Assembly (NCBI GenBank): GCA_943787795.1
Contig: CALSNU010000007.1
Coordinates: 113,046-177,045 of the forward strand
Origin: an uncultured bacterium
GTDB lineage: Bacteria; Planctomycetota; UBA1135; GCA-002686595
Direction: 5' to 3'
DNA length: 64,000 nucleotides
Positions within the stretch are counted from its first letter, which is position 1, and every line of letters begins with the position of its first letter. The translations under genes and the position numbers were made by a program. Below are positions 56,144 to 64,000 of the stretch, one piece after another. Under the pieces are notes generated by a model. The model was not told where the DNA came from, did no database searches, and saw only the letters and a program-made list of their open reading frames with translations.

Positions 56144-56893
56144 TCAGCTCGGGAGGAGGACCTCGTAGTCCTCCGGCTGGACCGAGATTCCGGTGGCCTC
56201 GGCGAGCTGGTCCGCGATCTTGTCGCGCTGGGACTTGGTGGCGGCCTTCGCGCCCTTCTTCCCCGTGACCGAGCCGGTGGCGCACATCACGAGGATCTCC
56301 TGGGGCTTCATGACCTGGAACTTCTTCCCCATGGCCGTGATCTCGTTCGCGGCGGTGTTGTCGATCGGCGCACGGAAGAGGGAGACCTCGAGGACGAGGT
56401 GGTCAAAGTGATGGCAGTCATCGACCAGTGCGGCAAACGCGGGCCCCTTCTCGCCGGTCGCCGACGTCCAGTTCTTGGCCGTTCCCCAGTCAAACTCGAG
56501 GTGCACCGCGCTGTACATGGCGAGCGTGGCGCGCACGTCGTAGTTGCTGAGGTCCCTTGTCTTCGTGAAGACCAGGAGCTTGGTCCGGGAGAACCACTTG
56601 TCCCTCAGGGCTCGGAGGTTCTCGGTGATCTCGCGCAGGTCCGGATGATCGGCGGGGTCGGTCTCGCTGCCCACCACGAGGATCGTGTCGACCTTGATGC
56701 CCTCCTTGGAGAGCGCGATGATCTGCCGAGCGCAGGTGGTGACCACCACGGAGGCTCGGGGAAGAGAGCTGCCTCTCTCCACGACAAGCCCGAGCTGCGG
56801 GGCCGAGATGTCGATGGTGATGGTCCTTCCGAAGCGGCGCGTTTCGTAGGGACCGTGGAGGATCTGGGACGTGGCGTCCTTGGTCTTGGCCAT
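56144..56893 (-). CDS. Radical-SAM-fold protein lacking the CX3CX2C cluster motif
   Basis: GPYETRRFGRTITIDI, VGSETDPADHPD..EI..LRDKWF resemble the GPVxSRRLGxSLGI / GEPTLHP radical SAM subfamily; no Cys triad. Confidence 0.6.
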   Translation of the reverse strand: MAKTKDATSQILHGPYETRRFGRTITIDISAPQLGLVVERGSSLPRASVVVTTCARQIIALSKEGIKVDTILVVGSETDPADHPDLREITENLRALRDKWFSRTKLLVFTKTRDLSNYDVRATLAMYSAVHLEFDWGTAKNWTSATGEKGPAFAALVDDCHHFDHLVLEVSLFRAPIDNTAANEITAMGKKFQVMKPQEILVMCATGSVTGKKGAKAATKSQRDKIADQLAEATGISVQPEDYEVLLPS

Positions 56894-57353
56894 GAGCCTG
56901 ACGCGCGGTGGGCGCGCCCAAGTGCAAGCCCGTGATGACGGGCGAAAGGGGCATTCGCCGCAGTCGCGGCGTTGAGAGAGCGGGACTATACCGCACCTGC
57001 GGGCTCCTCTGGCCGGTCCCCTGTCAAGGTTGAGGACGAATCGAGCTCCGAGAGCCGCTCAGGGGCGCTCCGGCGTGGCCCCGTGAGCGCCTCGACGATC
57101 AACGCGGCCGCCAGAGCTGTTCGCCCGGGATGGCTCGAGAGGCCAAATAGAGGCCACCCAAGCAGGGCCTTGGGTGGCAGCAAGGCCAGCAGGACCGCTG
57201 CTCCGGCTCGGAGGCCAAGGATGAGGGTCAGCAGCCGCCGGAGGCGACTCCGAAGGTCGGGGGGATCGCTCTCCACCCCTGTGGGACGAACGGGCCCGGC
57301 GTTGGTCTCGGCCGACGATGCTCCGCCTCGGTCTGAGCGGCCCGCTCGGATTC

Positions 57354-58037
57354 TCAGCGCGTCGCCCGGATCCAGAGGACGCCGACGTCCTTGAGGGCGG
57401 CGTCGCGCGTCGCCTCGTCCGGGGCGATGGGCGTGGCCTCGAAGGCCGCCGCCTCTCGGCTGTCCTTGAGCGCCTCGGTCCCGACGACGGTGAAGCCAGC
57501 GGCCTCCAGCACCGAGGACCAGCCCTCGGCGTCGAGCCGGTGCATCGGGACACCGTCGGGCTCGGACCAGGCCTTCGCCTGGGGAGCGCTGGCGTGGCGG
57601 TGAACGACGAGCTCGAGGCAGCCGCCCACCTTGGTCACGCGCGCCAAGGATGCCGCGGCGGCCGCGAGATCCTCAACGTACTCGAGGGCGTCCAGCGCGA
57701 ACACGTGGTCGAAGCGGCCGTCGGGAAAGTCGATGTCCTCGATCGTCATGCACTCGAAGCGCGCCCTTGAGGTCCAGTCCGACACATCGTCGGCGCGTGT
57801 GATCATGGCCTTGGAGGCGTCGATGCCGACAGCCTGGGCCCCAGGGGCCTTCTTACCGAGGCGGCGGGTGACCCATCCGGCCCCACAGCCCGCGTCCAGC
57901 AGTTGGTGGCCGGGGCGGACCTCCATCGCCTCCAGGACCTGCCGGGCCACGTCGTCGTGGAGCGCCTCGTAGCGATCCGCGGTGCCATCGGCTGCGAGCC
58001 GGTCGAACAGAGAGACGAGGGCGTCTTGGTGTGTCAT
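57354..58037 (-). CDS. Class I SAM-dependent methyltransferase
   Basis: LLDAGCGAGW, GIDAS..M, FPDGRFD, KVGG. Confidence 0.92.
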   Translation of the reverse strand: MTHQDALVSLFDRLAADGTADRYEALHDDVARQVLEAMEVRPGHQLLDAGCGAGWVTRRLGKKAPGAQAVGIDASKAMITRADDVSDWTSRARFECMTIEDIDFPDGRFDHVFALDALEYVEDLAAAAASLARVTKVGGCLELVVHRHASAPQAKAWSEPDGVPMHRLDAEGWSSVLEAAGFTVVGTEALKDSREAAAFEATPIAPDEATRDAALKDVGVLWIRATR

Positions 58038-59233
58038 GAAGGTTCGTGGCCTTGGGCCTTGTTCGTGATCCCTTCCAGGACCTCATCCAGCGGTGAGAGG
58101 CAGTTGTCCCACCTGTACTTCTCCTCGACAAAGGCCCGGGCACGATCACCGAGGGCCCGGCCCTCCGCAGGGTCCAGCAGCAAGCGCACGACCTCGTCGG
58201 CGAACGCCTGGCCCTCGTCGGCCACGAGGTAGTCCGTGCCCGGCGTGCCCTCGACCCCCTGGGTGGCGCTGGTGGTCCCCACCGTTGGGAGGCCCATGGC
58301 GAGGGCCTCGAGCACCTTGTTCTGGATGCCGCGCGCCACCCGGAGGGGGGCCACGCTGACCGCCGCCCGTCGCAGGTAGTCCCGCGTGTCGTCCACATAG
58401 CCGGTCACCTCGACGCCGTCGAGCCTGGCGAGCGCCTTGACCTCGGGGGTGGGCTTGGAGCCCACGATGGTGAAGTGGGCCTGGGGAACCTTCGCTCGAA
58501 TGAGGGGCAGGATCTCCTGGGCGAACCAGACGCACCCGTCCACATTAGGGAAGTAGTCCATGACGCCGGTGAAGACCAAGTGCCCGGGCTCGGCGCAGGC
58601 GGGGTCCGGCGTGTAGTGGTCGATCGCGACGCCGTTGCGGATCACCATCGACGGCAGGCCGGGCAGCTCCTTGCGGAAGATGTCGTCTTCGAGGGGCGTA
58701 CAGAGCACGTTTGTCACCGCGTCCGCGGCGACTCGCTTCTCGAAGCTCCGCAGGGTCTTCCACTCGCGCCGGTACAGGGCACTCATAGGGAAGGGGTGAC
58801 GCTCGGCGTATTGGCGCCACTTGTCGGAGTCGAGCTCGGCGATGTGCAGGACCCAGGGCGTGCCGCGATCCAGGATGAAGGCCGCCATCGAGGAGGAGAA
58901 GGCGTAGGCCATATCCGCGCGAGGCAGCTCCTGGTCGACGACGCGCTGCAGCTCGCGCGACCCGAAGACGCCGAGCGTCAGCGCCTTGCCCGTGAGGAGC
59001 AGCGGCAGGGACTGGACCTTCTTGCTCCGAAGGTTGATCGGGACGGTGATCGTCTTGATCCCTTTCTCCTCACGGAGGAAGCGTGCGGCCTCCTCGTCAT
59101 CCTGATCGTGCGAGAAACACGCGATCGTCACCTCGTGCTCACGCGAGAAGCGCTCCACGAGCCGCCAGGTGATGATCTTGTCCCCGCGGTTGGGCGGATA
59201 GGGGACGCGCTGGGAGAGGAAGAGAATGCGCAA
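58034..59233 (-). CDS. GT4 glycosyltransferase (TIGR03087-like)
   Basis: QRVPYPPNRGDKI, DSDKWRQY, FTGVMDYFPNVDG, APLRVARGIQNKVLEALAMG. Confidence 0.92.
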   Translation of the reverse strand: MRILFLSQRVPYPPNRGDKIITWRLVERFSREHEVTIACFSHDQDDEEAARFLREEKGIKTITVPINLRSKKVQSLPLLLTGKALTLGVFGSRELQRVVDQELPRADMAYAFSSSMAAFILDRGTPWVLHIAELDSDKWRQYAERHPFPMSALYRREWKTLRSFEKRVAADAVTNVLCTPLEDDIFRKELPGLPSMVIRNGVAIDHYTPDPACAEPGHLVFTGVMDYFPNVDGCVWFAQEILPLIRAKVPQAHFTIVGSKPTPEVKALARLDGVEVTGYVDDTRDYLRRAAVSVAPLRVARGIQNKVLEALAMGLPTVGTTSATQGVEGTPGTDYLVADEGQAFADEVVRLLLDPAEGRALGDRARAFVEEKYRWDNCLSPLDEVLEGITNKAQGHEPS

Positions 59234-59334
59234 GGGAACCTCGGGCTTCGGCAGGCGCAGAGAGAATAGCCCCGTCGGCCCACCCGTGGGGCAGGATCAA
59301 CCCTCGGTGCCCGCCAAGGTTGAACCTGATCCTC

Positions 59335-59418
59335 GCTGAGCCCATGCGGCTGAGTCCATTCGGCTGAGTCCATTCGGCTGAGTCCGTTCGGCTGAGTCCA
59401 TGCAGTTGAGCCCATGCC
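59335..59418. repeat. Intergenic 14-bp tandem repeat x6
   Basis: gctgagcccatgcg / gctgagtccattcg x2 / gctgagtccgttcg / gctgagtccatgca / gttgagcccatgcc. Confidence 0.95.
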
Positions 59419-59481
59419 GCTTGGTTGAGGCCGCAGCGAGCGGAGCGACCCGGACCCGGTCACGGGGCGGCGCCGGGAGCG

Positions 59482-61062
59482 TCAGCCGCTCCGGTCCGCA
59501 TCCTCGGCGACGACCGCCACTCGCCCGGATCTCAGGTCGAGGACCGTGCGCTGCCCACGCAGTAGCCGCGTCCCCACATTGCCAGCGATCCAAGGGTCGG
59601 ACAGCGGGCCAGGGAGGTCGTCTCGCAACAGGGTGATCACCTGGCGCCCCATGTTGGCGCCAGCGAGGAGGACGACGCTCGCGCTGGTGCGCCAGCCCCG
59701 GACCTCTCCGAACGGACCCGCGAGCTGGCGCGGTGCGAGGCCCGCCCGATCCCCGGCGAGCCCGTGGGCCCGGACCGCCCAGCGTGACACGGTCAGGGTG
59801 TCGTCCGAGCCGGTGTCCAATCGAAACCAGAGCAGGGGGGTGTCCGCTCCATTGGCTCGTACTTGACCTGGTACGCAGGGTGCCGTTCCATCGAATCTCA
59901 CCGGTTGCCACGGGAGACCTGGAGCGTCGAAACGATCCGGGTCGTGGACCTCGACCTGGCCGCGCAGGTCATCGATCACGACGACGGTACGGTCGAAGAG
60001 CGGGGCCCCCAGCACACCGTCCACGATGAAGCCAGCGCGCTCCGAGAGGAAGGCCGTGTCCAGCTCGACGAACGTGGGAGCGCGCTGCGTGAGGGCCCCC
60101 AGCCGGAGGGACTCGCCCTGGAGTCGGGCGGTTCGGGCCGTGCCGCTGACGCCGTGGAGGGCCACGGAGGACAGGGGGCGAAGGGAGAGCCGCGCGGCGC
60201 CGGCCTTGGAGATCACGTGGGAGCCGAAGCCCGTGTCCAGGAGCATCCAGGCGTCACGCTTGCCGTCGACGTTCGCGCTCACGTAGGCCCTACCGCCCCG
60301 GTCGAAGCGAACGTTTGAGCGGGGAAGTACTCCTCCCGCGCCCTGGAAGGCCACGTCTTGAGGTCTCGAGGCCGGGCGCCGGGCCACGGCGCGGCGGGGG
60401 CGGCTGCGCCGATCAAACCGGTCGACCAGGACCACCTCGCCGTCCACGGTCTCGGTGACCGTCATGGGGAGCCACAGGCCGCCTTGCTGGCTCCAGTCCT
60501 CGAGGGCGATGGCTCGACGGCGGCCGAGCCGCTGCCATGAGAAGCGAGCCGGACGCCGGGACACCGGGTCCAGGGTCACGGTCACCTGCACGCCGCTGGT
60601 CCGATGAACCAGCCGCAGCGCGTCCGGCGTATCAGGGTCCGGTCGGGCGCTCCATCGGCGGCGTGCGAGCTCTCCGAGCCATTGCTGCGTGCGAGCCCAC
60701 CCCTCCAGCATCAGGAATTCGCCGCCCCCGAGCTCTTGCTTCCTGGTCACTCCCCGCGTGTCCGTGGCCCAGGCCTCCGCGCCGTCAAAACCCCGCACGC
60801 TTCGCGCGTTGCCTTCGCCGACCACCAGTTGAAAGGCGCTCCCCGGCCAGGCGCTGAGTTCCACAGGGGTGGACGTCCCGGCGCGCTCCCGGGCGCCTTG
60901 GAGCGAGACGCCGGGGGCCCCGGCACCGAGACGGTCGACGCCCAGGGCGCATTGAACCGCTACGAGCGCTTCGTCCGAAGGGCCCGCGGCTCGAGCCGCG
61001 GACTGGCAGCCGGTGACCAGGACGGGCAGCCCGGCGAGGAGGAGGAAGAGCAGCGCCCGCAT
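59482..61062 (-). CDS. Lipoprotein with two retropepsin-like aspartyl protease domains
   Basis: Lipobox VTGC; MLLDTGF..DGVLG and FRLDTGS..GNVG. Confidence 0.85.
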   Translation of the reverse strand: MRALLFLLLAGLPVLVTGCQSAARAAGPSDEALVAVQCALGVDRLGAGAPGVSLQGARERAGTSTPVELSAWPGSAFQLVVGEGNARSVRGFDGAEAWATDTRGVTRKQELGGGEFLMLEGWARTQQWLGELARRRWSARPDPDTPDALRLVHRTSGVQVTVTLDPVSRRPARFSWQRLGRRRAIALEDWSQQGGLWLPMTVTETVDGEVVLVDRFDRRSRPRRAVARRPASRPQDVAFQGAGGVLPRSNVRFDRGGRAYVSANVDGKRDAWMLLDTGFGSHVISKAGAARLSLRPLSSVALHGVSGTARTARLQGESLRLGALTQRAPTFVELDTAFLSERAGFIVDGVLGAPLFDRTVVVIDDLRGQVEVHDPDRFDAPGLPWQPVRFDGTAPCVPGQVRANGADTPLLWFRLDTGSDDTLTVSRWAVRAHGLAGDRAGLAPRQLAGPFGEVRGWRTSASVVLLAGANMGRQVITLLRDDLPGPLSDPWIAGNVGTRLLRGQRTVLDLRSGRVAVVAEDADRSG

Positions 61063-61558
61063 GGCCTCCAAGGCAACAGGTGAGACCTCGGAAGGCAAGG
61101 CCGGACGCGGTTCGGCAGTTCACTTGTGGCGGCGGCTTCCGGACGTGGTGCCGTCTCGTCGACCGGCTTCAGGTCCCGAATCCGCCCTGGAGGCCACCCT
61201 CGCAGGAGACCCCTGGTCGTAGCCTTGGAGGTGTTCAAGAGGTGGACATGCGCCTCCCTTGGGGTCCCGGTGACGCCAGCTGCGGGCGAGGTCGCTGCCG
61301 TCATGGGTTGAGCTCCATTGCCGGCCTCGCGGCCCACGGGCCTTGCCACCCAGGGCAAGCCGCTCCGCCTCGGCGACCACCAGGTCGCCCTTGAGCTCGA
61401 CTCCCGTCAGCGTCTTGGCCAAGCTCCGGGCTCACGCCGGCGAGGAGGCCGCCGGTTGAATCGGGTCGCTGGAGCACGCGGCTCGTGAGCTCCGATCGAT
61501 GACCGATCAGCTCCTCGAGGCCGTCCGTTGAGGAGGGGTGGCACCACCCACGGATCGC

Positions 61559-62491
61559 TCAAGCAGGATGACCCACGAAGGTCATCCAGCGGCCCAGCAG
61601 GTGCTCCTCGTCGATCCGAAGTCCGGCCTCGAGGATGCTCCTTCGAGTCGCGTCCACGTGGTCGAAGCGGCAGCCGCTGAAGCAGAACCAGCCGGTCGGC
61701 GCGAGCCGCTGGGCCAGGTCATGGGCGTGGGTCATGAGCACGTCGGCGTAGATGTTCGCGCACACAACGTCGAACAGGCCATCCACCTCCTCAAGGCGGC
61801 GGAAGTCGCCCTCGCGGAAGGCGCAGCGATCCTCGACGCCGTTGTCCTGCGCGAGCAGATCCGCGGTCGGCTTCGAGGCGGGATCCAGGTCGAAGCCGTA
61901 GGTCTCCCGCGCGCCGAGCAGGGCGGCGCCCACCGAGAGGATCCCGCTCCCAGCGCCGGCGTCGAGCAGCCGCTCGCCGCCCTGGATCCGGCGGCTCAGG
62001 GCTCGCAGGCACGTTCGCGTCGTCGCGTGTCTGCCCGAGCCGAAGGAGCCCACTGGCTCGATCGTGAGGCGCACGTCCGTGGCGCGCGGCGGGTCGGACT
62101 CATACCAGGGGGGGAGGAGCGCGAGCCGGCCGACGCGGAAGGGCTTCCAGTCCTTTCGCCAGGAGGTGGCGTAGTCCTCGGGGGGGAGACGCTTGAAGTG
62201 CACCTCGAGGCCGGCGAGCTCCGGATCGCCCACGCGCTCTTCAAGGGCCAGGAGGCGCTGCTCTACCTCGGCGCGCAGCGCTGGTGTGTCGTCGCCCTCA
62301 AGCACGAACGAACGGACGGCCTCTTGGTCCGGGCCAGGCTGACGCGCGGCCAGCGAGGTGGTGCCGAGGGTGACCGAGGTGCAGGGCCCGAAGATGAGCG
62401 TCTCGGCCACCACCTCGTGCCAGCCCCGTGGCACATCGACGCGGACCTCTGTCCACGCGAGACGTCGCTTCCCCTCTGCTCTGGCGGTCAT
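61559..62491 (-). CDS. prmA: Ribosomal protein L11 methyltransferase
   Basis: W..WKPFRVG..PPW, FGSGRHATT, LDAGAGSGIL, ANI, SG. Confidence 0.92.
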   Translation of the reverse strand: MTARAEGKRRLAWTEVRVDVPRGWHEVVAETLIFGPCTSVTLGTTSLAARQPGPDQEAVRSFVLEGDDTPALRAEVEQRLLALEERVGDPELAGLEVHFKRLPPEDYATSWRKDWKPFRVGRLALLPPWYESDPPRATDVRLTIEPVGSFGSGRHATTRTCLRALSRRIQGGERLLDAGAGSGILSVGAALLGARETYGFDLDPASKPTADLLAQDNGVEDRCAFREGDFRRLEEVDGLFDVVCANIYADVLMTHAHDLAQRLAPTGWFCFSGCRFDHVDATRRSILEAGLRIDEEHLLGRWMTFVGHPA

Positions 62492-62620
62492 GGGGAGGAT
62501 CCTACCCACGAGGACAACGCTTCCGCGCCCTGTCCGGTTGATCCCTGACCGGGGGCATGCACAATCCCGGCGCGAACGGCCGCCCCAGCGGCCGCGCTAA
62601 CCAGAAATCCCTCCCACGAC

Positions 62621-63514
62621 ATGTCTTCTTTCGACAACCAACTTCACAAGGCCCGGACCCAGGACGGCTTCATCGCGGCCCTCGACCAGAGCGGCGGCAG
62701 CACCCCGAAGGCGCTCCTCAGCTACGGCGTCGAGGAGAGCGAGTACTCGGGCGACGAGGAAATGTTCACCAAGGTCCACGAGATGCGGACCCGCATCATC
62801 ACGAGCTCGGCCTTCAACGGTGACCGCATCCTCGGCGCGATCCTGTTCGAGAACACCATGGATCGCGAGATCTGCGGCAAGGGCTCGGCACAGTTCCTCT
62901 GGGAAGACAAGCGCGTGGTCCCGTTCCTCAAGGTCGACAAGGGCCTCGCGGACGAGGCGGACGGCGTCCAGCTCATGAAGCCGATCCCCGGTCTCGACGA
63001 CCTCCTCGGGCGCGCCAAGGCGAAGGGCGTCTTCGGCACGAAGATGCGCTCGGTCATCAAGTCGGCGAACGCCGCCGGCGTGAAGGCCATCGTCGAGCAG
63101 CAGTTCGAGGTTGGCAAGCAGATCATCGCCGCCGGCCTGATCCCGATCATCGAGCCCGAGGTCGACATCAACGCGACCGACAAGGCGGAGGCCGAGGCGC
63201 TGCTGCTGGCCGCCATGACCGAGGAGCTCAACAAGCTCGGCGCGGATCAGCACGTGATGCTCAAGCTCACGCTGCCCGAGGCCAACGGGTTCTACACCCC
63301 CTGCATCGAGCACCCCCAGGTGCTGCGCGTCGTGGCGCTCTCCGGCGGCTACAGCCGCGAGGAGTCCAACCGCCGCCTGACGCTCAACGAGGGCATGATC
63401 GCGAGCTTCTCGCGCGCGCTCTCCGAAGGCCTCTCCGCGAAGCAGTCCGGCGACGAGTTCGACGGCATGCTCAACGGTGCGATCCAGAGCATCTTCGAGG
63501 CGTCGAGGACCTGA
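62621..63514 (+). CDS. fda: Fructose-1,6-bisphosphate aldolase class I
   Basis: [59 protein letters not shown]. Confidence 0.95.
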   Translation: MSSFDNQLHKARTQDGFIAALDQSGGSTPKALLSYGVEESEYSGDEEMFTKVHEMRTRIITSSAFNGDRILGAILFENTMDREICGKGSAQFLWEDKRVVPFLKVDKGLADEADGVQLMKPIPGLDDLLGRAKAKGVFGTKMRSVIKSANAAGVKAIVEQQFEVGKQIIAAGLIPIIEPEVDINATDKAEAEALLLAAMTEELNKLGADQHVMLKLTLPEANGFYTPCIEHPQVLRVVALSGGYSREESNRRLTLNEGMIASFSRALSEGLSAKQSGDEFDGMLNGAIQSIFEASRT

Positions 63515-63540
63515 TCCTCAGCCGTGGCACCCGGTAGGCG

Positions 63541-63999
63541 CTAGCCGTCCGCCGGATCAGCGAGCACTCGCAGGAGCGCGGCGACCGCCAGGTCGGCGCG
63601 CTCCTGTCTTCGTTCCGGGCCGCTCTCCGGGTCGATGGCGCCGACGATCGAGCCCTTCCAGAGCAACCGATTGGCGCGCGGCTCGCTGATGGCGAGGATC
63701 AGCGTGCCCACCGGCAGTTCACGGTCCTCACCGGCCTTGGGAGGGGGCATGCCAATGGTAGACATGGCCTCTGCGACCATGGCGCCCTCGTTGGCCGTGA
63801 CCAGATAGCCCACGAGATAGTCCGGCGCTGCTCCGGAGGCCGCCGTGAGCTGGAGGTCGCGGAGCCTCCGCGCCAGCGCGGAGCGGAGCAGCCCCTCGAT
63901 CTCGAAGGAGTCGAATCGGTTGTCGGCGAGGTGGACGGTGGAGCCCTGGGCGTACGCGAAGGTCGCCGGGGTCTTCAGCGGGACGGCGGGCGCATCGGC
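63541..63999 (-). CDS. DUF4136-like protein, 5'-partial
   Basis: Frame open to the window edge: TFAY..LRSALARRL..PDYLVGY..GTLILAI..LLWKG. Confidence 0.75.
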   Translation of the reverse strand, partial: ADAPAVPLKTPATFAYAQGSTVHLADNRFDSFEIEGLLRSALARRLRDLQLTAASGAAPDYLVGYLVTANEGAMVAEAMSTIGMPPPKAGEDRELPVGTLILAISEPRANRLLWKGSIVGAIDPESGPERRQERADLAVAALLRVLADPADG

Positions 64000-64000
64000 G

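Noticed and set aside
57122..57200. tRNA-like start GCCCGGGATGGCTCGAGAGGCCAA
   Set aside because: No anticodon arm, TTCG T-loop or acceptor-stem complement downstream.
58034..59233. PEP-CTERM/exosortase EPS locus
   Set aside because: Only the glycosyltransferase is present; no exosortase, Wzx/Wzy or PEP-CTERM protein in the window.

Overview
High-GC (about 70% by eye) bacterial chromosomal window. It is most likely from a deep-branching planctomycete, inferred from the FG-GAP protein C-terminal domain, the DUF1800/DUF1501 pair, the sulfatase and the ECF/vWA modules. About 57 CDS are supported, mostly core or housekeeping and envelope genes: ribBA, folC, rsgA, a TrmH-family methylase, rarA, recD2, rpsU, an RluA-family synthase, tatD, prmA, class I aldolase, kynA, phoBR with a phosphate porin, phoD, a UbiD-family enzyme, two ECF sigma modules, an SPFH pair and PilM/GspL plus GspM-like genes. 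No tRNA, rRNA, CRISPR array, integrase or transposase was seen. The most interesting signals are not protein-coding. (1) Two candidate small RNAs, each with its own promoter-like motif and terminator (45336-45437, and a GGA-rich one at 21450-21570). (2) A DnaA-box-like cluster with an AT-rich stretch (6628-6967), a candidate oriC with no dnaA nearby. (3) A set of unrelated short tandem arrays that repeatedly contain CTCAG/CTGAG and often duplicate a gene's stop codon. (4) Widespread leaderless and bidirectional promoter architecture. There are also three apparent pseudo-enzymes (radical SAM without CX3CX2C, Nudix without its box, PTP fold without CX5R) and a cluster of +1 frameshifts at 17.4-19.7 kb that may be sequencing error. 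All family calls come from motif recognition by eye; no database searches were run.
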